64,000 nt of DNA from Thermoanaerobaculia bacterium (GCA_963666565.1 OY762911.1:1536001-1600000), one strand, 5' to 3'; shown: positions 10,568 through 20,237, counted from the first letter of the stretch. The notes: generated by a model not told the origin, from the letters alone. Program-made: numbers and translations.

Positions 10568-11311
10568 ATGAGCGACGAGAACCTCGAACAGGCTGCATCC
10601 CCGGCTGAAGAGTCGGCGCAGGGCGAAGCGACCGCGCTGACCTCGGCGGAACAGGGCCTGCTGACCTACGTGCAGGAGACCCGCGAGGACAACAAGACCT
10701 TCCGCTACTCGCTGGGGCTGGCGGTCATCCTCCACGGCATCCTGCTGATCGTGAAGCTGCCCGACCTGTACGGCGACACGGTGGCGCCGCCGCCGAAGCC
10801 CAAGGTCTTCGTCGTGCAGCAGGTGCGCTTCAAGCCGCCGCCGCCGAAGGAAGAGCAGCAGATCCCGAAGCCGAAGTCGAAGAAGGTCCCGATCCCCGAT
10901 CCCACGCCCGACGAGCCGGAGCCGATCCGGATCGACGAGCCGGAGGAGATCGACATCCCCGAGGTCGACGACCTCGATCTCTTCGACCTCCCCGAGGCGC
11001 CGCCTCCGCCGGAACCGACCGGCCCGATCTACGTCACCGGCGACGTCACGAAGCCGGAGAAGATCAACGAGGTCCAGCCCCAGTACACCGAGATCGCGCG
11101 CAAGGCGCGGATCCAGGGCGTCGTCATCCTCCAGGCGACGATCGACAAGAACGGCGACATCACCGACATCAAGGTGCTGAAGCCGCTGCCGATGGGCCTC
11201 GCCGAAGCCGCCGTGTCGGCGGTGCAGCAGTGGAAGTTCAAGCCGGCGACGCTGAACGGCAAGCCGGTCGCCGTGTACTACAACCTGACCGTCAACTTCC
11301 AGCTCCAGTAG
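10568..11311 (+). CDS. tonB: TonB-family energy transducer
   Basis: TM helix with His, Pro-rich linker, and C-terminal PQYTEIARKARIQGVV...WKFKPA domain. Confidence 0.88.
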   Translation: MSDENLEQAASPAEESAQGEATALTSAEQGLLTYVQETREDNKTFRYSLGLAVILHGILLIVKLPDLYGDTVAPPPKPKVFVVQQVRFKPPPPKEEQQIPKPKSKKVPIPDPTPDEPEPIRIDEPEEIDIPEVDDLDLFDLPEAPPPPEPTGPIYVTGDVTKPEKINEVQPQYTEIARKARIQGVVILQATIDKNGDITDIKVLKPLPMGLAEAAVSAVQQWKFKPATLNGKPVAVYYNLTVNFQLQ

Positions 11312-11420
11312 ATCCAGTGGAGCGGAGCGGTCTGGCGCCGGGCGGAAGCCTGGCGCCGGGCCGGGTCGCAGAACGCCGAACCCCGCCCTCGACTTCCAAG
11401 TCAAGCTCATGGGAGTACAG

Positions 11421-12593
11421 ATGACCATTCGCCGATCCGCACTCGCACTCACCACGATCAGCGCGCTGCTGGCCGCGCCGACGGCCTTCGCCGGCTGGGA
11501 CGAAGGCGTTGCCGCGTTCAAGTCCGGCAACTACGCTCAGGCGATCGCCGAGTTCCAGCAGTTCGTCGAGGAGCGCCCCGACCAGCAGGCCGGCTACCAG
11601 ATGCTGGGCCGTTCCCTGTTGCGGGGCGGCAAGGCCGGCGAAGCGGTTGCCGCGTTCCAGAAAGCGATCGAGATGAAGGCCGACGACATCGGCAGCCAGG
11701 TGCTGCTGGGCCAGGCCTTCTACGAGAGCGGAAAACCCCGGGAGTGCATCTCGACGCTGAGCAGGCTGAACATCGGCGGGCTGCCCGCGAACATCCAGGT
11801 CGGGATCTACGAGACGCGCGGCGCCAGCTACGCGCGGTTGGGCAACACCGGCAGCGCCGCCGCCGACCTCGGCCGGGTGGCCGATCTCAGGCCCAGCGAC
11901 GCCTCGGCCCGCTTCGAGTACGGGCAGATGCTCCACAACGATGCGCAGCTCGACCCAGCGATCGCCGCCTACGAGCGGGCGATCTCGATGGACGGCAGCA
12001 AGTCGGAGTGGAAGAAGATCCTCGTGAACGCCTTGAAGGTCAAGGGCCGGAGCACTCAGGGCTCGGGCAAGGCCGGCGTCTACCGCAAGGCCGAGAACGT
12101 CGCCAGAAGCCTGGTCGGCGCCAGCGCCTCGTACGACAACCTCCTCCTGCTCGGCGAGGTCCAGCTCGGCGGCAAGAGCTACGACTCGGCGGCGACGACG
12201 TTCCAGCAGGCGATCTCGAAGCGGAACAACGACTGGCACTCGCACTTCTATCTCGGCCAAGCCTACGGTTCCCTCGAGCGCTTCAACGAGGCCGAGGCAC
12301 CGCTGAACGATGCGCTGGGTCTCGCCTCGGGCGATGCCGAGAGGCAGATCCTCGACTACTTGGGCTTCGTGCTCTCGAAGCAGAACAAGTACGACGCGGC
12401 CATCTCCGCGTACGAGCGCGCCGGGAACGCCGGCGGCGCCGCGCGCGTGCGCGAGAACAAGCAGATCGCGCAGGAGAACAGGGACGCCGACGAGTTCAAC
12501 GCGAACATCGCGGAACTCGAGCGCCAGCGCGAGGAACTCCGCCGGCAACTCGAAGAGGTCCCCGGAGCGACCAACGAGCCGCCGCGCCGATAG
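11421..12593 (+). CDS. Exported tetratricopeptide-repeat protein
   Basis: Signal peptide ending AFA, several TPR-like helical repeats, C-terminal coiled coil. SD GGAG before ATG 11421. Confidence 0.8.
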   Translation: MTIRRSALALTTISALLAAPTAFAGWDEGVAAFKSGNYAQAIAEFQQFVEERPDQQAGYQMLGRSLLRGGKAGEAVAAFQKAIEMKADDIGSQVLLGQAFYESGKPRECISTLSRLNIGGLPANIQVGIYETRGASYARLGNTGSAAADLGRVADLRPSDASARFEYGQMLHNDAQLDPAIAAYERAISMDGSKSEWKKILVNALKVKGRSTQGSGKAGVYRKAENVARSLVGASASYDNLLLLGEVQLGGKSYDSAATTFQQAISKRNNDWHSHFYLGQAYGSLERFNEAEAPLNDALGLASGDAERQILDYLGFVLSKQNKYDAAISAYERAGNAGGAARVRENKQIAQENRDADEFNANIAELERQREELRRQLEEVPGATNEPPRR

Positions 12594-12700
12594 CGGCGTA
12601 GCACCCGTCCGCGGCGGGCCTCCGGGGGGAGGGCGCCAGCGGACGCTCACCCCCTCTTGGTGAATGTGGGGACGGGGGTTCGCTTCGGTCGCCTGCGCTT
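12594..12700 (+). repeat. ~107-bp GTAG-type palindromic element (family C)
   Basis: Near-identical reverse-complement copy at ~16829-16935. Begins GTAGCACCCGTCCGCGGCGGGC. Confidence 0.85.
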
Positions 12701-12714
12701 CGCGCCGCAACCCG

Positions 12715-14202
12715 TCAGCCCAGCTTGCGGCGCAGGATCTCCTGGGCGGCGCGGGGTTCGGCGCTGCCGCGGGAGGCCTTCATGACCTGGCCGACCAGGT
12801 AGCCGAGCGCCTGCCTGCGGCCGCCGCGGTACTCGGCGGCGGCCTTCTCGTTGGCGGCGATGGCGGCGTCGGCCCAGGCCTCCAGTCGGGCGTCGTCGCG
12901 GACCTGGCGCAGGCCGAGGCGGTCGGCGATCCGTTCCGGGGTCTCCGACGAGTCCCAGACCTCCGCGAGCACCTCCTTGGCGGCCGTGGCCGACAGCTCG
13001 CCCGAGTCGACCAGGGCGACGACGGCGGCGAGCCGCTCCGGCGCGACCGCCTGCTCGACGTCGATGCCGCGCTCCTTCAGTTCGCGCAGAATCTCGGTCA
13101 TCACCCAGTTGGCGACGGACCTTGCGCCTTCCGGGTGAGCCGCGACGGCGCGCTCGTAGTAGGCCGCCAGGGCGACGCTGCCGGATAGCAGCGCCGCCTC
13201 TTCCGCGCGCAGTCCGTAGGCCTCGCGGAAGCGGGCGCTCTTCTTCCACGGCAGTTCCGGAAGCTGCTCCGCGTGCCGCTCGATGCGTTCGGCGGACAGC
13301 ACGACGGCCGGCAGGTCGGGCTCCGGGAAGTACCGGTAGTCGTGCGCCTCCTCCTTCGACCGCAGAGACCGCGTGGCGCCGGTTGCCGGCTCGAAGCTCC
13401 GCGTCTCCTGTTCGACCTGAGCCCCGGAGGTCAGGATGTGCAACTGGCGTTCCCGCTCGTACTCGAGCGCCTTCGCCACGTGGCGGAACGAGTTCAGGTT
13501 CTTGACCTCCGTCTTCGTGCCGAGCCTGGTCTCGCCGGTCGGCCGGAGCGAGAGGTTCGCGTCGCAGCGCAGGCTGCCCTCTTCCATGTTGCCGTCGCTG
13601 GCGCCCGTGTAGAGGAGGACCTGATGGAGCGCCTGCAGGTAGGCCTGCGCGTGCGCCGGCGAACCGATTTCTGGCTCGGTGACGATCTCCACCAGGGGTA
13701 CGCCGCAGCGGTTGAAGTCGACCAGGCTCCGGCCGGGCAGCGGGCCGCCTCCCGGCACCTCGTGGAGGAGCTTGCCGGCGTCCTCCTCCAGGTGGAGCCG
13801 GTGAATCCGCACCACGCCCCCGGACGGCAGCGGCACGGCGCCCCCCTCGGCCAGGGGTTCGTCGTACTGGCTGATCTGGTAGCCCTTCGGCAGGTCGGGG
13901 TAGAAGTAGTTCTTGCGGGCGAACACCGACCGCCGGCGCACCTCGCAGCCGAGGGCGAGCGCGAGCCGGATGGCGAGGTCCACGGCCCGCTGGTTGGTCG
14001 CGGGCAGAGTGCCCGGATAGCCGAGGCAGACAGGGCACACCAGCTCGTTCGGCTCGGCGCCGAAGCGGTTCTCGCAGCGGCAGAACATCTTCGTCCGCGT
14101 GCGCAACTGGACATGGACTTCCAGCCCGATGACCGTTTCCCACCCGGCGTCGACGGGAACTTCGAGGGTGCCCGTCCCGGTCGTGCTCTGCGCTACGCTC
14201 AT
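12715..14202 (-). CDS. gatB: Asp-tRNA(Asn)/Glu-tRNA(Gln) amidotransferase subunit B
   Basis: Motifs IGLEVHVQL, RKNYFYPDLPKGYQISQ, HLEEDAGK, EEGSLRCDAN, DYRYFPEPDL. Confidence 0.97.
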   Translation of the reverse strand: MSVAQSTTGTGTLEVPVDAGWETVIGLEVHVQLRTRTKMFCRCENRFGAEPNELVCPVCLGYPGTLPATNQRAVDLAIRLALALGCEVRRRSVFARKNYFYPDLPKGYQISQYDEPLAEGGAVPLPSGGVVRIHRLHLEEDAGKLLHEVPGGGPLPGRSLVDFNRCGVPLVEIVTEPEIGSPAHAQAYLQALHQVLLYTGASDGNMEEGSLRCDANLSLRPTGETRLGTKTEVKNLNSFRHVAKALEYERERQLHILTSGAQVEQETRSFEPATGATRSLRSKEEAHDYRYFPEPDLPAVVLSAERIERHAEQLPELPWKKSARFREAYGLRAEEAALLSGSVALAAYYERAVAAHPEGARSVANWVMTEILRELKERGIDVEQAVAPERLAAVVALVDSGELSATAAKEVLAEVWDSSETPERIADRLGLRQVRDDARLEAWADAAIAANEKAAAEYRGGRRQALGYLVGQVMKASRGSAEPRAAQEILRRKLG

Positions 14203-14244
14203 GGCCGTCCCGATGGCCGCGGCATCCTACAGCAGGCGAACGCG

Positions 14245-14958
14245 GTGAAGGTGCGGCCGGCGGATGCCGTCCTTGAGGTCTGCCAGCGAGGCCCAGTGTG
14301 GGCCGCCTTTCTCGGCGTAGCGCCGCAGAGCGAGGCCGCCGGGCCGGAGGACGCCTTCCGGTTCCTCGGGCGGGCGGTCTCCGGGGCGACGGCGGCGGCG
14401 CCCGCCTGGCTGCGCCAGCGCCACGGCGCCGACGCGAGGAGAGCGGCCGGGCCCGGACCGGCCGGCGACGGGGACGCCTTGATCGTGTCGGCGCCCGGCG
14501 TCGCCGCCACGGTGTTCGTCGCCGACTGCGTACCCGTGCTGATTGCCGCCGGCGATGCGGTGGCGGCGGTCCACGCCGGCTGGCGAGGTCTCGCGAACGG
14601 CGTCCTGGCGTCGGCCGTGCATGAACTGAGGGAACAGAACGGCGCTCCGTCCCGCGGCGGCGAACCAGCCGAAGCCTGGATCGGCCCGGCGATCGGCCCG
14701 TGTTGCTACGAGGTCGGCGAGGACGTCGCCGTGCAGGTCGAGCGCCGGAGCGGCGCGGCCGTCGTCGCCCGACGCCCCGGACGCAAGCCGCACCTCGACC
14801 TGCCGCTCGCTGCGTCGCGGCAGCTCGCCGACCTGGGCGTCGAGCGGGTCTCCACCGTGGAGCGCTGCGTCCGATGCGACCCGGACTGGTGGAGCTACCG
14901 CCGCGACGGCCCCCGCGCCGGCCGCAACTACGGCTTCATCTGGCGCACTGAGCCCTAA
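14245..14958 (+). CDS. pgeF: PgeF/YfiH (laccase-domain) protein
   Basis: Motifs Q.HG, GDAL, VADCVPVL, HAGWRG, IGPAIGPCCYEVG, SYRRDG. Start uncertain. Confidence 0.85.
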   Translation: MKVRPADAVLEVCQRGPVWAAFLGVAPQSEAAGPEDAFRFLGRAVSGATAAAPAWLRQRHGADARRAAGPGPAGDGDALIVSAPGVAATVFVADCVPVLIAAGDAVAAVHAGWRGLANGVLASAVHELREQNGAPSRGGEPAEAWIGPAIGPCCYEVGEDVAVQVERRSGAAVVARRPGRKPHLDLPLAASRQLADLGVERVSTVERCVRCDPDWWSYRRDGPRAGRNYGFIWRTEP

Positions 14959-15257
14959 TCCGGCTGCCGGGACGTGCGGCTGCGGGTCTTTCGCGTCGGG
15001 TCGATCCCGACGGACCGGAGGAACGCCAGGTCGCGGCCGTCGATCCGAAACGGCGGGGCCGGCCGCGACCGCTTCGTCTCCACCTGATCCCGGGCTTCGT
15101 CGTCGCCCTCGAGCGGCTTGCAGTCGAGGAACAGGTTCAGCGTGTAGCCTTCGCGGCGGATCGACTCAAGTTGGCCGTGGACTTCAGGCGATTCGGCGAT
15201 CGCCTCGCAAAGGGAGCGGGTGAACTCTTCGAGCAGTTGCTTGAGCCGGGGTTCCAT
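14955..15257 (-). CDS. Small hypothetical protein (100 aa)
   Basis: Protein-like composition (MEPRLKQLLEEF...DLAFLRSVGIDP), unlike the surrounding Arg/Ala/Pro shadow frames. Confidence 0.7.
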   Translation of the reverse strand: MEPRLKQLLEEFTRSLCEAIAESPEVHGQLESIRREGYTLNLFLDCKPLEGDDEARDQVETKRSRPAPPFRIDGRDLAFLRSVGIDPTRKTRSRTSRQPD

Positions 15258-16314
15258 GGCAGCGAGACCATTATCCCAGACGAACGCGCCGCGCGACAGT
15301 CCGGCTTCGGCGCCGTCCGATCCGGATGCCTGGAAGCCGGTCGTGGAGGAGGTCCAGGCCGCGGGCTTCCGGCCAGCCTCCTTCGAGCCGCTGGCCGGCG
15401 ACGTTTCCGCCCGGCGCTACGCGCGGCTGCGCCTGGCCGGCGGCGAGAGCTTCGTCGTGTGCGCCTACCCGGACGGCATGGCCGGTGTGGCGGCGCGGTT
15501 CCTGGCGGCGACGCAACTGCTGAGGTCGGCCGGCGTTCCGGTGCCGGCCGTGCTGCAACACTCGCTCGACGGGCCGGCGTGGATCCTCCTGGAGGACCTC
15601 GGCCCGGACACCGTGTTCGACCTGTGGCGGGCCGGCCGCCTGAGTTTGTCGGCGCTGGACCGGTGCCTGACGGAGGCGATGGCCCACATCGACCGCATCC
15701 GGCGCCTGCCTGCCGGCGCGGTGCGGGCCCTGGGCTCGCCGTCGCTCGACGGCGGCCTCTTGCGCACGGAACTCGACCTGACCTGGGAGCGTTTTCTCGA
15801 GCCGCGCGGCCTAGTGAACGACCGTGGCCTCGCCGGGGAACTGCGGGCCGTGTGCGCCGCCGTGTGCGAGCGTCTCGCCTCGGCTGCGCCCGTGCCGTGC
15901 CATCGCGACTTCATGGCCCGCAACCTCATGCTGCGGACCGCGCCGTGGGACGGAGCGGAACCGGAAGTCGTCGTGATCGACCACCAGGACCTGCGTCCGG
16001 GTCCGCCGGGGTACGACCTGGCCTCGTTGCTGAACGACAGCCTGACGCTTTCGCCCGGCGAGCGGGAACGCCGCCTGCGGGAAGCGGCCGCCGAAGACAC
16101 CGGAGAACGCGACCTGTACAACGCCGCGGCGGCGCAGCGTACGCTCAAGATCGCCGGCACCTTCGCTCACTTTGCCGCGCTCGGCAACGATCGCCACCTG
16201 CCGCTGATCCGGCCTGCCTTGCGGCGGTTCCTCGACGCGCTGGACGCTCTTCCCGAGGGTCGCGAACTCGCCCCCGTCCTGCGCCGGGAGTGGGCCGCCG
16301 CCGCGGGCCGGTAG
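15256..16314 (+). CDS. Aminoglycoside-phosphotransferase-family sugar kinase (AmgK-like)
   Basis: Motifs LAGDVSARRYARL, LLEDLG, CHRDFMARNLM, IDHQD, YDLASLL, QRTLKIAGTF. Start may be ATG 15256 or GTG 15343. Confidence 0.8.
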   Translation: MAARPLSQTNAPRDSPASAPSDPDAWKPVVEEVQAAGFRPASFEPLAGDVSARRYARLRLAGGESFVVCAYPDGMAGVAARFLAATQLLRSAGVPVPAVLQHSLDGPAWILLEDLGPDTVFDLWRAGRLSLSALDRCLTEAMAHIDRIRRLPAGAVRALGSPSLDGGLLRTELDLTWERFLEPRGLVNDRGLAGELRAVCAAVCERLASAAPVPCHRDFMARNLMLRTAPWDGAEPEVVVIDHQDLRPGPPGYDLASLLNDSLTLSPGERERRLREAAAEDTGERDLYNAAAAQRTLKIAGTFAHFAALGNDRHLPLIRPALRRFLDALDALPEGRELAPVLRREWAAAAGR

Positions 16315-16450
16315 CGGCTCGAACCGCTCGCAGGTTCAGTCTTTCGGGCCGGCCGCCCGTCCTCGTCCGGGAACTCTCGCCGCGGACTTGGTACGCTTGT
16401 CCTTCGGCGCGAGCTCCCGCGCCCGCTCCGACGTTCAACAGGAGACCCCC

Positions 16451-16645
16451 ATGCCTTCCATCGGCATCCAAGAGCTGCTCGTCATCTTCGTCATCCTGAT
16501 GGTCATCTTCGGCGGCAGCAAGCTGCCCCTCCTCGGCCGGGGAATGGGCGAAGGCATCCGCAACTTCAAGCGCGGGCTGCGGGGCGGCGACTCCTCGGAG
16601 CTTGAAGAAGAGAACGCGCCTTCCCCGGGCGCCAAGACCGGCTAG
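16451..16645 (+). CDS. tatA: Twin-arginine translocase TatA/E
   Basis: IGIQELLVIFVILMVIFGGSKLP.LGRGMGEGIRNFK. SD AGGAG. Confidence 0.93.
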   Translation: MPSIGIQELLVIFVILMVIFGGSKLPLLGRGMGEGIRNFKRGLRGGDSSELEEENAPSPGAKTG

Positions 16646-16646
16646 G

Positions 16647-16935
16647 CAAGGTCGCCGCTTCGCGGCGCGTTCTTCTCGGAAGCCGGCGGCGACGCAGGCG
16701 CAACCGGTGCGCGACCGCCGCCACGAACCGCCGACAACGTCCAGTCCGCGGCGGGCCTCCGGGGGGAGGGCACCAGCGGGCTGGAGCCAAGCGACGCTCG
16801 GCGCCCTGCCCTCGACCGACGCCGACGTGAAGCGCAGGCGACCGAAGCGAACCCCATCCCCCCATTCACCAAGAGGGGGTGAGCGTCCGCTGGCGCCCTC
16901 CCCCCGGAGGCCCGCCGCGGACGGGTGCTACGCCG
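16647..16935. repeat. Composite cluster of palindromic repeats between convergent tatA and slt
   Basis: Type A/B tail (-) at ~16649-16690, a partial family C copy (+) at ~16745-16779, and a full family C copy (-) at ~16829-16935. Confidence 0.8.
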
Positions 16936-16953
16936 CCGCCGGCGGCGCCGGCG

Positions 16954-17703
16954 CTAACCGCCAGCCAGCACGGCGAAGTCGAGTCCGCCGGGGTTGACGG
17001 CGGCCCAGGCCTCGCGGTGGTGCTCGATGTAGACGCGGAGCACGCCGTTCGTGAATCCTCGCGTCTCGCGGAAGGGCGGCAGGCCGCCGAAGCGGTCGAC
17101 GGCGCCGGGGCCGGCGTTGTAGCCCGCGAGCGCCAGGACGAGGTCGTTGTCGAAGCGGCGCAGGAGGTAGGCGAGGTAGCTCGCGCCCGCGTCGAGGTTC
17201 TGGCTCGGGTCGTTCGCGTCGGCCACCCCCAACTGTTCGGCGGTCGTGGGCATCATCTGCATCAGGCCCAGGGCGCCCTTGGGCGATACGGCCTCCGTGT
17301 CGAACGAGGACTCGGCCTGGACGATGGCCGCCACCAGCAGCGGGTCGACGCCATGGCGCGAGGCGGCGCCGAGCATCAGGCCGCCGTACGGCACGCGCTG
17401 CATGCGGTCGCGCACGGCGTTCTCGTCGGCGGCGCCGACGAAGAGGTCGAAGCTCTCTCGGTGCAGCCGGATGCAGTCGTACAGCGGGTGGCCCGCCGGG
17501 GGTGCCAAGGACGCTTGCGTCGGCGGTTCGAGCCATGCCTGAATCTGCTCGAAGAGAGCGACGGCTTCCAGCGGGGGCGACGCGGGGAGCGGTTCGGCGT
17601 GCCGTCCTGTCGCGGTTTCGCGGGGCGCGGCGGCCAGAATGGCGGTCGCCGCCACGGCGATCGCGAGGGTTCGGTTGCGGAGGCTGGGTTTCTGGGCGGT
17701 CAT
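16954..17703 (-). CDS. Lytic transglycosylase (SLT domain)
   Basis: Motifs AESSF..AVSPKGALGLMQMMP, NLDAGASYL, ALAGYNAGPG, ETRGF. N-terminal signal-like segment. Confidence 0.9.
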   Translation of the reverse strand: MTAQKPSLRNRTLAIAVAATAILAAAPRETATGRHAEPLPASPPLEAVALFEQIQAWLEPPTQASLAPPAGHPLYDCIRLHRESFDLFVGAADENAVRDRMQRVPYGGLMLGAASRHGVDPLLVAAIVQAESSFDTEAVSPKGALGLMQMMPTTAEQLGVADANDPSQNLDAGASYLAYLLRRFDNDLVLALAGYNAGPGAVDRFGGLPPFRETRGFTNGVLRVYIEHHREAWAAVNPGGLDFAVLAGG

Positions 17704-17873
17704 CGGGGTGTCTGTATGGCGAAGTTCGGGCGGCGCCTGACCGGGACGCCGCCCGAACTACGTTCGGCGGCGTCCGCGTCGCCGCGGAGTCGTGGGCGGA
17801 TGAGGGCGTTGTCTGGCGACGGCGTGGCGTTCGGCGCAGGAGGGGAACGTCCGCATGGTCCGACTGTCGCTAG

Positions 17874-17889
17874 AGCAAAGCGTGTGCCA
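17874..17889 (-). promoter_or_regulatory. Sigma54 (-24/-12) promoter for the lytic transglycosylase
   Basis: Minus strand reads TGGCAC-ACGCT-TTGCT, with exact GG-N10-GC spacing. Confidence 0.7.
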
Positions 17890-17952
17890 GATCTGTCGTG
17901 ATGCGGTGCGTGTCGGCCCGTGTCCTGGCCGCCTGCGGCGGCGGCAGACGGG

Positions 17953-18246
17953 TTATCCGGACTGGATCCTCTTGCCGGGGCCGCGGTAGTCGGCGGCCTG
18001 TATCTGAAGCGTCGAGACCTTGTTCCGCAGCGTGTTGCGGTGGAGTCCCAGGCGGCTTGCCGAGTTGGTGATGTTGCCGTCGTTGAGTCGTAGGGAAGCG
18101 ACGATGAACTGCCGCTCGAAGATCCCGCGGGCCTGAGCCAGGGTGACGCCCTGGGAAGCCAACTGGGTTACGAGGCGGTCGAGTTGGCCGTTGAGGTCCT
18201 TCTTCGCGTCCGCCGGAAGGCGGTCATCTGGGCTTGGAGGCTTCAA
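17953..18246 (-). CDS. Small Fis-family HTH protein
   Basis: FERQFIVASL..NDGNITNSASRLGLHRNTLRNK (Fis-type HTH). Confidence 0.85.
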   Translation of the reverse strand: MKPPSPDDRLPADAKKDLNGQLDRLVTQLASQGVTLAQARGIFERQFIVASLRLNDGNITNSASRLGLHRNTLRNKVSTLQIQAADYRGPGKRIQSG

Positions 18247-18328
18247 GGCGAACCCGGTGCCGAAGCGAAGATGTTAGCACGGGATTCCGGGCTTTGCGGC
18301 CCGATCTCGGTGCCATCCGGGATCGCAG

Positions 18329-18396
18329 CCGCCGCTTCGCGGCGCGTGTTCCCGGCCGCCTGCGGCGGCAGCGGGTCGGAAGACCCGCGCACCCGG
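18329..18396 (-). repeat. REP-like three-hairpin element (type A)
   Basis: Reverse complement reads CCGGGTGCGCGGGTCTTCCGACCCGCTGCCGCCGCAGGCGGCCGGGAACACGCGCCGCGAAGCGGC. Confidence 0.8.
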
Positions 18397-18412
18397 CGGC
18401 TGGCGCAAGACG

Positions 18413-19315
18413 CTACCTGTCGTCCGGCGCCGCGAGCGCCTCGGCGGCCAGGCGGGCCGCTTCGGAGTTCGGAAACCGCCTCGCGACCTCCCGGAACCTG
18501 CGCCGGGCGCCCTCCGCGTCGCCCAGCCGTTCGAGCGACCGGCCCACCTTCAGCAGCGCGTCGGGAACCTTGTTGCCGAGCGGGAAATCGTGGAGCAGTT
18601 GCTGGAACGCGGCCAGCGCGCCGCGGTTGTCTTCGCGGGCGAACCGGCACTCGCCGATCCAGTAGAGCGCATTGTCGGACAGGTCCGTGCCGGAGAAGGC
18701 GGCGAGGTAGCGCTGGAAGCCGAGTTCGGCCTCCACGTAGTCGTGCTGCATGTACGCCTGAAGCGCCCGGTCGTACAGTTCGTTGCCGGTCGCTTCCGCG
18801 GCGGCCGCGGGGGCCGCCTCGGGCGCCGGCGCGGTCTCGTCCGTCGCCGCAGCAGCCTCGGCCGCCGACGCGGCCTCTGTCGGTGCGGGCGCCGCCGGCT
18901 CGTCCTCGTCCGGCCGCGCGGCGGGCGCCGCCACGGCCTCGTCCGGCGGCCGTTCCTCGTCGCCGTCGAGTTCGCTCACCTCGACCACCTGCACCCTGGG
19001 CGGCGGCGGCGGCTCGAACGGGACGGGCTGCGGAGGCGCCTCGGCGACGGCGCGGACCTCTTCCAGGGCCGCTTCCAGCTCGGCGATCCGCTCCCGGAGC
19101 AGGGAGTTCTCGGCGTCGCCCTCGGCGGCCTCCGCCTCGAGCCGCTTCACCCGCTCTTCGAGCAGCGCGAGGTCGGAGCGGACGCCTTCGTTCGGCGTCG
19201 CGATGCGGTCGATGAAGTCCCGCGGCGTCTCGGTCGACGCGCAGCCGAAGCTCAGGCCGGCGAGTGCCAGGGCCGCGAGCGCCAGCGCCGCCTCAGTTGT
19301 CGGGGCCGCCTTCAC
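18413..19315 (-). CDS. cpoB: Tol-Pal protein YbgF/CpoB-like lipoprotein
   Basis: Lipobox (FGC), coiled coil, Ala/Pro linker, and TPR with NALYWIGE and KVPDALLKVG. Confidence 0.8.
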   Translation of the reverse strand: MKAAPTTEAALALAALALAGLSFGCASTETPRDFIDRIATPNEGVRSDLALLEERVKRLEAEAAEGDAENSLLRERIAELEAALEEVRAVAEAPPQPVPFEPPPPPRVQVVEVSELDGDEERPPDEAVAAPAARPDEDEPAAPAPTEAASAAEAAAATDETAPAPEAAPAAAAEATGNELYDRALQAYMQHDYVEAELGFQRYLAAFSGTDLSDNALYWIGECRFAREDNRGALAAFQQLLHDFPLGNKVPDALLKVGRSLERLGDAEGARRRFREVARRFPNSEAARLAAEALAAPDDR

Positions 19316-20237
19316 GGGGAGGGCCGTCTCGCCGGGCCGCGTCCGGTCGCAGCGGAGTGGGGGGGACCTTGGCCCGGAGCTTCCGGAGCTGCTCCTCGGA
19401 CGGCGCCTTCTTGAGCCAGGCGCTGCCCGGAAACCCGTTCCGCAGCCGGTCGCAGGCTTCCTTCAGGTACTCGTAGCGCTCGAGTCCCATCTCGCTCGGA
19501 ATCTGAAGGAGGACCATGCGGTAAGTGAGGCACATGTGGGCGAGGATCTTGTCGGGTTCCGGGTAGTCCGGGTACTCCTCGAGCATGATGCGGAACCGGT
19601 TGCCGGCCGCAGTCGGCGTGCGGAAGCGGTAGTAGAAGGACCCGACGACGAACTCGTGCTCGGCGAGGTGGTTCCGGACCTCCACGATCCGTTGCGCCGC
19701 CTGCGCTGCGAACTGGCTGGTCGGGTAGAGCCGCCGGACGTTCTCGAACTCGGTCAGCGCCTGCCGGGTCGTCTGCTGATCGCGGTCCGGCTTCTCCATG
19801 CGCTCGGCGAGGGCGCCGGCGAGGCGGAACTGCGCGTAGGCCGCCTGGTCCGAGGTCGGGAAGCGGTTCAGGAAGTCCCGGTAGCGCTGCTCCGCTTCGA
19901 CGTAGGACTGGTAGCCGCCGCGTTGGTAGAGGGCGTCGGCGGCCAGCAGCAGCCCTTCGCGGCCGGTCTCCGAGTTCGGCTCGACCTCAAAGGCGTGGAC
20001 GAGGTGCTCGCGCGCCTGGTTGAACTTCTCGTCCTCCAGCAGTTGCTTGCCGATCTCGAGGGCCTCGGCCGACGAGAGCCGCAGGATCGGATCGTCCCTG
20101 ACGCCTCCGCACGCGGCGGTCAGGCCCAGCGCCGCCGCCAGGACGACCGGCCATCGGATCGCCCGACGACGGCCGATCCGGCCGGGACGCCGGCGGCGGG
20201 CATCCGCGCCGCCGGGGTTCGCGCGGGGGCGGCTCAT
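19293..20237 (-). CDS. bamD: Outer membrane assembly lipoprotein BamD
   Basis: Lipobox LTAAC, FLNRFPTS..AAYAQF, DRDQ..TRQA, HLAEHEF.VG.FY. ATGA overlap with rpe. Confidence 0.85.
   Translation of the reverse strand: MSRPRANPGGADARRRRPGRIGRRRAIRWPVVLAAALGLTAACGGVRDDPILRLSSAEALEIGKQLLEDEKFNQAREHLVHAFEVEPNSETGREGLLLAADALYQRGGYQSYVEAEQRYRDFLNRFPTSDQAAYAQFRLAGALAERMEKPDRDQQTTRQALTEFENVRRLYPTSQFAAQAAQRIVEVRNHLAEHEFVVGSFYYRFRTPTAAGNRFRIMLEEYPDYPEPDKILAHMCLTYRMVLLQIPSEMGLERYEYLKEACDRLRNGFPGSAWLKKAPSEEQLRKLRAKVPPTPLRPDAARRDGPPREGGPDN

Noticed and set aside
15255-15258. Divergent genes sharing overlapping start codons (CATG)
   Set aside because: The kinase could equally start at GTG 15343, which leaves a normal intergenic region; the sequence alone cannot decide.
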